DNA of 64,000 nucleotides from Ignavibacteriota bacterium (GCA_026390755.1 JAPLFI010000202.1:999-64998); one strand, 5' to 3'; positions 9,520 to 21,256 are shown, counted from the first letter of the stretch. Made by a program: numbers and translations. Notes: generated by a model from the sequence alone, not told the origin.

Positions 9520-10731
9520 ATGAATTATTCGTTAAACGAACAAATGGATGTCCTCAAAAAGGGCACTGTGGAAATAATACCGGAAGAGGAACTCGTAAGA
9601 AAGATAGAGAAATCCATAAAACAAAATAAACCTCTTAATATTAAACTCGGCTGCGATCCGTCCGTACCCGACCTTCACATCGGGCATTCGGTGGTGCTGA
9701 ATAAACTGAGGGAATTCCAGGACCTGGGACATACGGCAATTCTTATAGTGGGAGATTTCACAGGAATGATCGGCGACCCTTCGGGCAAGAAGAAAACCCG
9801 TCCGCAGTTGACTTTTGAGGAAACAAAAGAAAACGGGAAATCATATTTTGAACAGGCATCGGTGATACTTGACAGAGATAAAACCAAAATAGTATATAAT
9901 TCGGAATGGTTGAGTAAACTTGACCTTCATGCTCTGCTCGGTATTCTCGGGAAATTTACGGTTCAGCGGATACTCGAGCGCGACGATTTTACTAACAGGC
10001 TCAAAGAGCATCAGGAAATATCAATGCATGAACTTCTTTATCCCATTATGCAGGGTTATGATTCTTATGCTATTGATGCCGATGTTGAACTCGGAGGAAC
10101 CGACCAGAAATTTAATAATCTCGTCGGCAGGGATATGCAGAAACGCTTTGGAAAAGACCCTCAGGTGGTTATGCTTATGCCTTTGCTTGAAGGAACTGAC
10201 GGAAACGAGAAAATGAGCAAATCCCTGAATAATTATATCGGTATTTCCGAGGATCCAAAAGATATATTCGGCAAAACAATGAGTATTCCCGATATACTTA
10301 TATATAAATATTTCACACTGGCGACGCGTTTATCACCGTCTGAACTTGCCGATGTGAAAAAAACACTGGAAAATCCTGATACTAATCCGAGGGATATTAA
10401 AAGGCGGCTCGGATTTGAGATTGTAAAGCTTTATTACGATGAAAAAACAGCGAATGAAGCAATTTCCGGGTTTGATAAAATATTTATTAAAAAGGAAATA
10501 CCCGATGAAATACCCGAATATACTCTTGACGAGAAAAATATTAAGCTTACTGCGTTTATTGTGAAAACTGGTATGGCTGAGTCAAACGCCGCCGCAAGGA
10601 GGCTCATAGAGCAGGGAGGCGTGTCAATGGACGGCGAAAAGATTGAAGATGTAAATTATATTGTGGCTGGGGATTCCGGATTTGTGCTCAAAGTCGGCAA
10701 AAGAAAATTTTTAAAAGTAAAAATTTATTAG
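9520..10731 (+). CDS. tyrS: Tyrosine--tRNA ligase
   Basis: HIGH motif (DLHIGH), KMSKS, and a C-terminal S4-like domain. ATG at 9520. An in-frame TTG at 9514 overlaps the smpB stop. Confidence 0.95.
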   Translation: MNYSLNEQMDVLKKGTVEIIPEEELVRKIEKSIKQNKPLNIKLGCDPSVPDLHIGHSVVLNKLREFQDLGHTAILIVGDFTGMIGDPSGKKKTRPQLTFEETKENGKSYFEQASVILDRDKTKIVYNSEWLSKLDLHALLGILGKFTVQRILERDDFTNRLKEHQEISMHELLYPIMQGYDSYAIDADVELGGTDQKFNNLVGRDMQKRFGKDPQVVMLMPLLEGTDGNEKMSKSLNNYIGISEDPKDIFGKTMSIPDILIYKYFTLATRLSPSELADVKKTLENPDTNPRDIKRRLGFEIVKLYYDEKTANEAISGFDKIFIKKEIPDEIPEYTLDEKNIKLTAFIVKTGMAESNAAARRLIEQGGVSMDGEKIEDVNYIVAGDSGFVLKVGKRKFLKVKIY

Positions 10732-10807
10732 TTATATGTTACAAATATTTTTTATATGTTTGAATCAAATTTATTGTTCATTTAAGCAGTACTGAAAGGG
10801 TTAAAGA

Positions 10808-11353
10808 ATGTTTCAACCGACTAAAATATTTTTCACAAAAGGAGTGGGAAGGCATAAAGATTACCTCCAGTCTTTTGAATTAGCGCTTCGCCATGCGGGA
10901 ATTGAAAAGCTGAATCTTGTAATGGTTTCGAGTATATATCCTCCCGGATGTAAAAGGGTTACAAAGGAGCAGGGAATGGAATTGCTCGTTCCAGGTACTA
11001 TTACATTCTGTGTTATGGCGCGGAATTTCACGAACGAGCCGAACAGGTTAATAGCTACATCAATCGGCGTAGCACTTCCGTCGGATGACAGCCATTACGG
11101 ATATATCTCTGAGCATCATCCTTTCGGAGAGACAGAAAAGATTTCCGGTGAATACGCCGAAGATCTTGCGGCTACGATGCTTGCGACTACACTCGGCGTC
11201 GAATTTGATACAGAAACAGCATGGAACGAGCGCGAACAGGTCTATAAACAAAGCGGAAAGATTTTCAAGACTTTCAATGTGACTCAGTCTGCCGAAGGTG
11301 ATAAAAACGGATTATGGACTACGGCAATCTCCTGCGCAGTACTGCTTCCGTAA
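10808..11353 (+). CDS. pdaD: Pyruvoyl-dependent arginine decarboxylase
   Basis: 181 aa. FFTKGVG..., with the self-cleavage Ser-Ser in [11 protein letters not shown]. Confidence 0.85.
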   Translation: MFQPTKIFFTKGVGRHKDYLQSFELALRHAGIEKLNLVMVSSIYPPGCKRVTKEQGMELLVPGTITFCVMARNFTNEPNRLIATSIGVALPSDDSHYGYISEHHPFGETEKISGEYAEDLAATMLATTLGVEFDTETAWNEREQVYKQSGKIFKTFNVTQSAEGDKNGLWTTAISCAVLLP

Positions 11354-11380
11354 GATACTTTATCATCTGTATAATTTTTT

Positions 11381-11415
11381 ACAAAGGCTGATTTATCGTC
11401 AGCCTTTGTGTTTTC
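11381..11415 (+). terminator. Rho-independent terminator after pdaD
   Basis: Stem ACAAAGGCTGA / TCAGCCTTTGT, 7-nt loop, followed by GTTTTC. Confidence 0.65.
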
Positions 11416-11448
11416 AGATTCAATTATAAAAACAGTAATCCTTTCAAT

Positions 11449-12369
11449 TTGGAAACAGTATATGTTCTCATAGGACCTACAGCCTCCGGAAAGACGGCAA
11501 TTTCCGGAATTCTCGCCGGTATGCTGGATGCTGAAATAATTTCAGCCGATTCACGGCAGATATATAAAAATATTCCCATATCCACATGTGCTCCGGAAAC
11601 AGAACTTCTGAAAAGATTAAAACATCATTTTGTGTGTGAATATGAACTTAGCGCCGATTTTAATGCGGGCTTATTCGGCATAGAAGGTAGAAACAGAATA
11701 AAAGAAATACTTTCGGGAGAAAAAAAAGCACTTATTGTCGGGGGCAGTGGATTGTATGTTAAATCAATAATTGACGGTTTTTTTACGGATGAGACAAAAT
11801 CGGGCGAAATACGAAGAACGCTTGAAGAGCGCCTGATTTCAGAGGGCAGGGATGTATTATATAAAGAACTTATGAAAATTGACCCTGAAACAGCTCTGAA
11901 AATGGATTCCGGAAAATTCAGGCGAGTTATAAGGGCTTTGGAAGTATATTTAGTTTCGGGTAAAAGAATGTCTGAATTGCAGAGCATAAGCGATAATATA
12001 GGGTTCAAATCAGTTCAGGCAGGTTTGTTATGGGACAGAAGGGAATTATATGAACGCATTAATCAAAGGGTTGAAGAAATGCTGAATAACGGTATGGTTG
12101 ATGAGATACAAAACATTAAAAATTCAGGTTACCATTATAAAACCCATAACTCTCTGAATACAGTCGGTATTAAGGAAGTCTTCCGGTATCTGGAAAATGA
12201 ATTAACATATACTGAAATGAAATCCCTGATAAAACAAAACACGCGGCGTTATGCTAAACGGCAAATGACATGGTTCCGAAAAGACAATCGCATTAACTGG
12301 GTTAATATCAACAGCAAATCAATTCCAGGTATAATTTCGGAAAGCATATATAGAATATTTGTTAAATAA
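11449..12369 (+). CDS. miaA: tRNA dimethylallyltransferase
   Basis: P-loop GPTASGKT, then ISADSRQIYK and RRYAKRQMTWFR. TTG start. Confidence 0.9.
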   Translation: METVYVLIGPTASGKTAISGILAGMLDAEIISADSRQIYKNIPISTCAPETELLKRLKHHFVCEYELSADFNAGLFGIEGRNRIKEILSGEKKALIVGGSGLYVKSIIDGFFTDETKSGEIRRTLEERLISEGRDVLYKELMKIDPETALKMDSGKFRRVIRALEVYLVSGKRMSELQSISDNIGFKSVQAGLLWDRRELYERINQRVEEMLNNGMVDEIQNIKNSGYHYKTHNSLNTVGIKEVFRYLENELTYTEMKSLIKQNTRRYAKRQMTWFRKDNRINWVNINSKSIPGIISESIYRIFVK

Positions 12370-12629
12370 AAAGCATTAACTGATAATAAAATAAGGTAAT
12401 TAATATATTTTACTAATGTAAATTATAGATATATACTTAGTGCTAATTCCTGACGAAACGAATTATAAGTATCCGAAACAATGCACAAAAAAAAGTTCTT
12501 TAGCAAGAGGACTGCCGGATTTATATTTGCTCGCTTGCTACTGCCTTAGCATACGGCAACTCCGGCTTAAGACATTTTTGGCTTTTAAGATTTCTGCCAA
12601 CCTGTTAAATCATAATAATTCAAACACAT

Positions 12630-12968
12630 TTAAGATGTTTCGTTAGAAATGAATTTAACGAGCAAACCTGAATATTTTCTTTTACTGTCTATGGACGGTC
12701 TTAGTTCTCTGAATAAACGGGGAAGATCCTGGACTTCGTCTATGATAACAAGTTTTTCTTTATTAATTTCGAAAAATGTCTCCGCGTCATCAAGTTTTCT
12801 TAAATCCTTACTGCTTTCAAGGTCAAGATAAACAGACTTTCTTTTATAAATATTTTCTATTTGTCTTGCAAGTGTTGTTTTTCCGACCTGTCTTGGTCCG
12901 AGCAAGGCGACTGCGGGATTATGCTTAAGCAGGTATTTCAGTTTATTTATAAGTAATCGTTTTATCAT
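12630..12968 (-). pseudogene. Truncated AAA+ ATPase (AAA_14/DUF4143-type); N-terminal fragment only
   Basis: 112 aa with Walker A LLGPRQVGKTTLA and Walker B VIIDEVQ. It stops shortly after. Full-length relatives are about 380 aa, as the neighbour at 13495 is. Only about 260 bp remain before miaA, and I see no recognisable remainder there. Confidence 0.6.
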
Positions 12969-13383
12969 ATTACAAATATAAATATTAACCGTGAAAATTA
13001 AAAGTCTTATTTTTGTTTTTCACGGTTCATTTACTGAGTGTTTTTATATTCCATTACATAATATCAGTAGTTCCCGAATATCAAATAGAATTACCGCAGG
13101 CAATAAATCTAACCGGTTTTATAGACCGGTAATTCACATTTTTAGCTTTCAATATTGAGCTGTATAATTTGCCGCTAATTGTTTGAGTTAAATATTCATA
13201 TTAAAATAAAAGATTAATGAGAAAAATAATAGAACTTCCTATATATATTTACACGTAGGAAGTGAAATCTCGGTCGAAATCTTCTCCTATAACTTCAAAG
13301 TTAAAGCTCTAATAAAATTCTATGTTCTCTTTAACTTTATTTTCCTTGCAATTAAAAAATAAAAGATATATACTTGTAAATAT

Positions 13384-13443
13384 AATCACTAATTATACGT
13401 ATATTTAGTGATTACAATCACTAATAAAAGGTAAATTTAGTGA
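13384..13443. promoter_or_regulatory. Two tandem hyphenated palindromes (candidate operator) upstream of the ATPase gene
   Basis: AATCACTAA-N12-TTAGTGATT at 13384-13413. This is followed immediately by AATCACTAA-N12-TTAGTGA at 13416-13443, 52 bp upstream of the ATG at 13495. Confidence 0.45.
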
Positions 13444-13494
13444 AAATAAGAGCGGTAAACTTTTTAAACTAATAATAATTAGTCACTTAAGAAA

Positions 13495-14628
13495 ATGATA
13501 GAAAGAATATTACAAAAAGACATTGAAAGCCGGCTTTTCAAAGGTAAAATAATAATAATTTCAGGTGCAAGGCAGGTCGGAAAAACTACATTGGCGGAAA
13601 AAATAGCCCGTGACAGCGGTGAGGAATTTATGCTATTAAATTGTGACGAGTATGACGTTAAAACTGCCTTGGAAAATTCAAATTCTGTAAAGTTAAAAAA
13701 TATTTTCGGCAAAACTAAAATTATCATAATAGACGAAGCGCAGAGGGTAGAGAATATAGGGTTAACCCTGAAAATTATTTCAGATAGAATAAAAGAAGTG
13801 CAGGTAATTGCTACAGGCTCGTCATCTTTTGAGATTGCTAATAAAATAAATGAGCCTCTTACGGGAAGAAAATTCGAATTTGAATTATTTCCCATATCGT
13901 TTTATGAATTGACTTCGCAGACGGGATTGCTTCAGGAAAAGAGAATGCTCGGACAGAGAATGCTGTACGGATATTATCCGGAAATTGTTATGAATCCTGC
14001 CGGCGAAATATCCTTACTGAAATCCATCGCAAAAAGTAATCTTTATAAAGACATATTAAATTTCGAAGGCATAAGAAAGCCGGTTTTAGTTGAGAAAATA
14101 CTGAAAGCGCTTGCATTCCAGACGGGCAGTGAAGTATCCTATACGGAATTAAGCCGCTTAACAAATGCCGATAAGAACACAGTCGAAAAATACATAGACA
14201 TAATGGAAAAAGCGTTTATAATTTTCAAGCTGACGTCGTTTACAGGAAACAGCAGAGTTGAAATCCGGAAAGGGAAGAAATTTTATTTTTTCGACAACGG
14301 AATAAGGAATGCGGTTATTAACAATTATTCCCCGCTCGAATCCAGAACTGACACAGGGGCATTATGGGAGAATTTCATAATCAGCGAGAGGCAGAAATAT
14401 CTGAAGAATTCCGGCATAGACGCTTCAACGTATTTCTGGAGAACGATTAATAAAACCGAGATAGATTATATCGAAGAGATAAACGGTAAATTAACTCTGT
14501 ACGAATTCAAATGGAAAACAGGAAAACACGTAAAGCCCCCGAAAATATTTTCCGAGAAGTATAACATAAAAAATGTGAAAGTAATCACAAGCAGTAATTA
14601 CGAGGAGTTTTTAGGATTTGAAGGATAG
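13495..14628 (+). CDS. AAA+ ATPase with DUF4143-type C-terminal domain
   Basis: 377 aa. Walker A GARQVGKTTLA and Walker B IIIIDEAQ. The C-terminal ..YFWRT..EIDYIEE.. is typical of the AAA_14/DUF4143 family. Confidence 0.8.
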   Translation: MIERILQKDIESRLFKGKIIIISGARQVGKTTLAEKIARDSGEEFMLLNCDEYDVKTALENSNSVKLKNIFGKTKIIIIDEAQRVENIGLTLKIISDRIKEVQVIATGSSSFEIANKINEPLTGRKFEFELFPISFYELTSQTGLLQEKRMLGQRMLYGYYPEIVMNPAGEISLLKSIAKSNLYKDILNFEGIRKPVLVEKILKALAFQTGSEVSYTELSRLTNADKNTVEKYIDIMEKAFIIFKLTSFTGNSRVEIRKGKKFYFFDNGIRNAVINNYSPLESRTDTGALWENFIISERQKYLKNSGIDASTYFWRTINKTEIDYIEEINGKLTLYEFKWKTGKHVKPPKIFSEKYNIKNVKVITSSNYEEFLGFEG

Positions 14629-14782
14629 AATATTTATCTATGAAGAGTCGTGCCTTCTATTCCTTTACTCATTGTGTTATACATCATACCTACATTGCCG
14701 GCTCCTGTACCAATTACCCAAAGTGGTCAATTGTTAAGCGGAAAAACAGAGATGCATATTTAGTTTGGAATACAGGCGTCAC

Positions 14783-14818
14783 AAAAGAAAAAGCCGTTGA
14801 AATTTCTTTCAACGGCTT
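14783..14818 (-). terminator. groEL terminator
   Basis: 12-bp stem AAGCCGTTGAAA / TTTCAACGGCTT. On the minus strand it is followed by TTTTTCTTTT. Confidence 0.75.
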
Positions 14819-14863
14819 GATAGTTTATACTTCGGCTCTTAATTACCGATCATTTATCATTGT

Positions 14864-16522
<1,659 letters not shown>

Positions 16523-16538
16523 TTAAATTCTTTTTAAA

Positions 16539-16832
16539 TTAAATAATCGCGTAAACGTCTGATTCGCGCATAATGAGGTATTCTTCTCCGTCAACAGTAA
16601 CTTCGGTTCCGGAATATTTCCCGTAGAGAATTTTATCTCCGACCTTAACTTCCATTGCTATGAATTTACCGTCATCGGTGGTTTTTCCTTTGCCTACTGC
16701 AACTATTTCACCTTGCATCGGCTTTTCTTTCGCTGTATCGGGAATGATTATCCCTGATGCAGTTTTTTCTTCAGCTTTCGAAGGCAGTACTACGACCCTG
16801 TCTGCTAAAGGCTTAATGTTTAATTTAGCCAT
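16539..16832 (-). CDS. groS: Co-chaperonin GroES
   Basis: 97 aa. [10 protein letters not shown]...GKYSGTEV. Confidence 0.98.
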   Translation of the reverse strand: MAKLNIKPLADRVVVLPSKAEEKTASGIIIPDTAKEKPMQGEIVAVGKGKTTDDGKFIAMEVKVGDKILYGKYSGTEVTVDGEEYLIMRESDVYAII

Positions 16833-16884
16833 TATTTTTATCCTTTCTTTAAGTTGTTAAATATTAATGAATTACAAAATATTG

Positions 16885-16911
16885 TTAGCACTCTATTGTT
16901 GATGGTGCTAA
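16885..16911. promoter_or_regulatory. CIRCE (HrcA operator) upstream of groES
   Basis: TTAGCACTC-N9-TGGTGCTAA against the consensus TTAGCACTC-N9-GAGTGCTAA. The left arm is perfect and the right arm has 2 mismatches. It lies 53-79 bp upstream of the groES start. Confidence 0.75.
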
Positions 16912-16954
16912 TATAATCATTATATAAAACGATGTCAAGTGAATAAAAGTTTCA

Positions 16955-17151
16955 GTAACTACTCAACATCAATTATTTTGACACGAATTAAGACGAATTA
17001 GATCGAATTACACGAATTAAAGATTGTTCTGAATTTATTTCATGATTATTTCAGGATAAGGACTTGCTCTTATTCTCGGGAAAGTTCTTCCCTGCCTGCG
17101 GCAGGCAGGTCTGTGTATCTCTGCGTCTTCTCTGTGACCTCTGAGTAACTT
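16955..17151. repeat. Mosaic intergenic repeat, copy A
   Basis: Left terminus GTAACTACTCAA. Four tandem 10-bp units NNNCGAATTA at 16981-17019. GC-rich palindrome CCTGCCTGC-G-GCAGGCAGG at 17091-17109. Right terminus CTCTGAGTAACTT. The core matches copy B at 54295-54400 in inverted orientation. Confidence 0.6.
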
Positions 17152-17210
17152 CTTTTTATTGCACTTATCTATTCAATATTTGAATACAGCTACTAAGAAT
17201 TAATAAAAAT

Positions 17211-18614
17211 TCAGGCTTGGAGTACAGACAAAGTATTTGCGGATTCATTTAGTAAATCAGGGCTGTTGTAAATAACGAGTATTTTTTCACCGGATTTCAG
17301 TATATTTTTATTTTTTAATATACCGAGAATTTCATTTTCTTTAACTTTAGCTTCACCCTGATTAATTAAAACCGGATAAACACCCCAGAGAAAGGAATTC
17401 AATGAATTAATTTCATACCGGTTTGTTACGGCAATAATTTCGGCTTTTATTCTTTTTCCCGACAAATATTTAGGAGAGTTACCGGTTTTAGTATATGTAA
17501 TGATCATTTTGATATCATTTTTCTCTGCTATTTCCGCCGCGGCTTCGCACAGAGTTTCAAGTTGTTCGTGAACTTCGCGGGGTTTAATGGTCCCGAAAAA
17601 TGGTTTCTTTATTTGTTCTGTCCGGTCAATAATTTTCGACATCATACTGACAACGTTCACGGGATCCACGCCCACAGAGGTTTCGGCTGACAGCATTACA
17701 CAGTCTGACCCGTCGAGTATTGCATTGGCGACGTCGGACGCTTCTGCCCGTGTAGGAATGCGGTTATTGATCATACTCTCCAGCATCTGGGTTGCCGTAA
17801 TCACCGGCTTTTTCCTCTGATTGCTTTTTCTTATTATCAGTTTCTGCAGTACGGGAACCTGTTCGGGCGATACCTCAACTCCGAGATCCCCCCGTGCTAC
17901 CATGATTATATCAGACACATCAATTATTGCGTCAATGTATTCAATTGCCTCGGGTCTTTCAATTTTGGCAATTATCGGTTTGTGAAATCCTTTGGAAACA
18001 ATTATTTTTCTTAAATTTGTAATATCGTCCGGATGCCTTACGAAGCTGAGTGCTAATACATCAATATTTTTACTAAGTCCGAAATCAATATCAAGCAAGT
18101 CTTTTTCGGTAAGCGAGGGTAATGATAATTTTGTTCCGGGGAGATTGATGCCTTTTTTTTCTTTTACAATTCCGCCCTTAATAACTTTGCACTTAACTCT
18201 ATTATCTTCTTTTTCCTGAACCAGAATTCTTATCAGTCCGTCATCAATCAGTATTGTTTCGTCCGGATTTACGTCATTCACAAAACCGCCGTAAGTAGTT
18301 GAAAACATTTCCTGGTTACCCGTGATATTGTCTGAAGTAATATAAAATTCCTGATTGGTTTTAAACTCAATATATCCGTTTTCAAGTTTTCCGACACGTA
18401 TTTTCGGACCCTGCAGATCCTGAATAATCGGGACATTCACTCCTGTTTTCAAAATTGCCTGTCTGACATTATTGATTGTTTCAGTATGCTGTTCATAGCT
18501 TCCGTGCGAAAAATTCAATCTGACTGCGTCCATACCCGATTGAATCAACTCTGTTAATATTTCCACGGAATTACTCGCCGGACCTAAGGTGCAGATGATT
18601 TTAGTTTTATTCAT
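17211..18614 (-). CDS. pyk: Pyruvate kinase
   Basis: 467 aa. TKIICTLGPAS, MVARGDLGVE. Confidence 0.95.
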   Translation of the reverse strand: MNKTKIICTLGPASNSVEILTELIQSGMDAVRLNFSHGSYEQHTETINNVRQAILKTGVNVPIIQDLQGPKIRVGKLENGYIEFKTNQEFYITSDNITGNQEMFSTTYGGFVNDVNPDETILIDDGLIRILVQEKEDNRVKCKVIKGGIVKEKKGINLPGTKLSLPSLTEKDLLDIDFGLSKNIDVLALSFVRHPDDITNLRKIIVSKGFHKPIIAKIERPEAIEYIDAIIDVSDIIMVARGDLGVEVSPEQVPVLQKLIIRKSNQRKKPVITATQMLESMINNRIPTRAEASDVANAILDGSDCVMLSAETSVGVDPVNVVSMMSKIIDRTEQIKKPFFGTIKPREVHEQLETLCEAAAEIAEKNDIKMIITYTKTGNSPKYLSGKRIKAEIIAVTNRYEINSLNSFLWGVYPVLINQGEAKVKENEILGILKNKNILKSGEKILVIYNSPDLLNESANTLSVLQA

Positions 18615-18655
18615 AAATTTAACTTTCGAATAAGTTAGATAATATTCAACACACT

Positions 18656-20026
18656 TTATTTAATCGAAATAATATCATTATATATCACGAATAACATAAA
18701 CGCCAGCAGAATAATAAATCCTACGTTCTGCAAAACAATCTGAACTTTATATGAAACCGGTTTACGGAAAATTGCTTCCCATAACAATATCATGAAATGT
18801 CCTCCGTCGAGAGCGGGGAAGGGAAGTATATTAATAACAGCCAGCGACATGGATAAAAGAGCAACGAAACCAATAAAAGTCATAAATCCTCCTTCAGCCG
18901 ATTGAGCTGATGCCTGTGCGATTTTAACCGGACCGCCGATTGCTTTTTTAAAAGGAATATCGCCCGTAATAACTTTTCCTATTGATTTAAAGAAAACTTC
19001 CACGCCGAAATAATACATCTCTGATGCCGCATGCGGTATTGCGGAAAAAATATTATACGTAATAATTTTTGTGGAACCCTCGTATTTTGATGTAATTTCT
19101 ATACCTATTGTTGAATCCGCCGAAGGAGTGACTTTTGATACAATTTCCCGTCCTTCTCTCAGATATTTTATTTCAGTTTCTTTATTGGCATTTAATTTTA
19201 TTAAATCAATCAGTTTCTGCGCATTAGTGATTTTTTCTCCCGCAAAGCCCGTTACAAGATCACCTTTTTGAATACCGGATTTCTCAGCGGGTTTACCCGA
19301 ACTGACTCCGTTAATTATAGGTACGATCTTTTCGGGATATATACCGAAGTTTTTTTCTCCGATGAAACCGATTTTATCTTTGGGGATTTTTATCGTAGAT
19401 TCCGTTCCGTTTCTCAGAAAATCGATTGAAATTGACTCACCTAAGTTGTCAATATAGAGTTTACTTTGTATATCATCCCAGTATTCGACATTCTTTCCGT
19501 TTATCCGTAAAACTTTATCGCCTTCTGTTATTCCGGATTCGTACGCTATACTGCCTTTTGATACATAGCCTATAGTTGTAGTTTCCGTGAGACTCTTTCC
19601 TTTAACAAGAGTTATTGTATAAAATATAAGGAATGCGAGAAGTATATTCATAATAACTCCGGCAGTTATCACAATCATTCTTTTCCAGACCGGTTTTGAG
19701 CGGTATTCCCATGGCTGCGGCTCGGTATTAATAAATCCTTTATCTAAACTTTCGTCAACCATACCCGATATTTTCACATATCCGCCGATAGGGAAAGCGC
19801 AAATCCTGTAATCGGTATGCTCTCCGAGTTCAATATCTTTCTGAAGTTTCCCGAATGTAAATCCATTAACTTTGTTAAATCCGAAAAGCCTGTAGCCCAT
19901 TCCGAATGCAAATACTTCTGCTCTCATCCCCGTTAAACGGGCGGCTGCAAAATGCCCGAATTCGTGCACAAATACGAGCACTCCGATGACGATTAAAAAA
20001 TAAAATACTGTGCTTATAATTTCCAT
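18656..20026 (-). CDS. rseP: RIP site-2 metalloprotease RseP
   Basis: HEFGH in TM1, PDZ-like central region, C-terminal NILPFPALDGG. Confidence 0.9.
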   Translation of the reverse strand: MEIISTVFYFLIVIGVLVFVHEFGHFAAARLTGMRAEVFAFGMGYRLFGFNKVNGFTFGKLQKDIELGEHTDYRICAFPIGGYVKISGMVDESLDKGFINTEPQPWEYRSKPVWKRMIVITAGVIMNILLAFLIFYTITLVKGKSLTETTTIGYVSKGSIAYESGITEGDKVLRINGKNVEYWDDIQSKLYIDNLGESISIDFLRNGTESTIKIPKDKIGFIGEKNFGIYPEKIVPIINGVSSGKPAEKSGIQKGDLVTGFAGEKITNAQKLIDLIKLNANKETEIKYLREGREIVSKVTPSADSTIGIEITSKYEGSTKIITYNIFSAIPHAASEMYYFGVEVFFKSIGKVITGDIPFKKAIGGPVKIAQASAQSAEGGFMTFIGFVALLSMSLAVINILPFPALDGGHFMILLWEAIFRKPVSYKVQIVLQNVGFIILLAFMLFVIYNDIISIK

Positions 20027-20095
20027 TAAATATTTATGTTGTTAATAATAATACGTTTTTTTTAACTAAAAAGTTCTTTCAAATAGTAATTTATG

Positions 20096-21256
20096 TTAGT
20101 GATAATAATTTGCAGTCATTCTGTTTCTGACATCTTCATCAATAAAGATGAGGTCTTCAATTTTATAATTATCACATGATTTATGGGATTCCAGCTCCTT
20201 TTCGATTAAATCCGCTATCTGAGTAAATCCGATTCTCCCGTCAAGAAACAGCTTAACGGCAATTTCATTTGCCGAGTTAAGCACAACGGGATAAGTTCCG
20301 CCTTTCTTCAATACTTCGTATGCTATAGCCAGGCATTTAAAAGTATCCAAATCAGGTTTTTCAAATGTCAAATCCTGCAGATTAGTGAAATCCATTCTGT
20401 CGTACGAAGACGAAATCCTCGAAGGATAAGTAATTGCGTACTGAATAGGAATTTTCATATCAGGCAAGCCCATTTGAGCTTTTACGGAGCCGTCAGAAAA
20501 TTCGACAAAAGAGTGAATAATAGATTGCGGATGCATAACCACATGGATTCGGTTAACATCTATGTTAAAAAGTGAGTTAGCCTCTATTACTTCAAGTCCT
20601 TTATTCATTAATGTCGCAGAGTCTATTGTAATTTTATCACCCATATTCCAGTTTGGGTGCTGAAGAGCCTGTTCTACAGTTACATTTTTAAGTTCGGAAT
20701 ATTTCCATCCGCGAAACGGACCGCCGGATGCAGTTAATATTAATTTATTAATTTGCGATTTATCCTCGCCTGCAAGACATTGCAATATAGCTGAATGTTC
20801 ACTGTCAATAGGAAGAAGACTTACATTATACTCATTAACAAGTTCATTCACTAATTTCCCCGCAACTACAAGAGTTTCTTTATTAGCGAGGGCAATATTC
20901 TTACCCGATTTTATTGATTCTATTGTCGGAATCAATCCCGCGAAACCTACGATAGCATTAACGAGAGTATCGAAATCAGAAACGGATAAATATTCAAGTA
21001 AATCTTGTTTCGTACGAAGTAATCTTGTACCCGGAACAGGACAATTATTGCTGAATTCAGCAGATTTTTCCCCATTGCCGATAAATATTGCTTCCGGTTT
21101 GAACTCAGTAACCTGATTCCGCAGTAATTCTGTATTACCGTTAGTCGAAAGCAGTGAAACGGAAACAGGCAAACCATTATTATATAAGCTTCTTACTACC
21201 TCGAGCGTATTGCAACCTATAGATCCGGTTGAGCCTAAAACACCAATTTTTCTCAT
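20096..21256 (-). CDS. dxr: 1-deoxy-D-xylulose-5-phosphate reductoisomerase
   Basis: GSTGSIG NADPH motif, LANKE, and the conserved dxr-rseP linkage. Confidence 0.95.
   Translation of the reverse strand: MRKIGVLGSTGSIGCNTLEVVRSLYNNGLPVSVSLLSTNGNTELLRNQVTEFKPEAIFIGNGEKSAEFSNNCPVPGTRLLRTKQDLLEYLSVSDFDTLVNAIVGFAGLIPTIESIKSGKNIALANKETLVVAGKLVNELVNEYNVSLLPIDSEHSAILQCLAGEDKSQINKLILTASGGPFRGWKYSELKNVTVEQALQHPNWNMGDKITIDSATLMNKGLEVIEANSLFNIDVNRIHVVMHPQSIIHSFVEFSDGSVKAQMGLPDMKIPIQYAITYPSRISSSYDRMDFTNLQDLTFEKPDLDTFKCLAIAYEVLKKGGTYPVVLNSANEIAVKLFLDGRIGFTQIADLIEKELESHKSCDNYKIEDLIFIDEDVRNRMTANYYH

Noticed and set aside
12440-12646. 68-aa plus-strand ORF downstream of miaA, and the possibility that the missing C-terminal part of the truncated ATPase lies here in another frame
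   Set aside because: No frame on either strand gave DUF4143-like sequence when translated by hand, and the ORF has no features. The region is probably decayed non-coding DNA.
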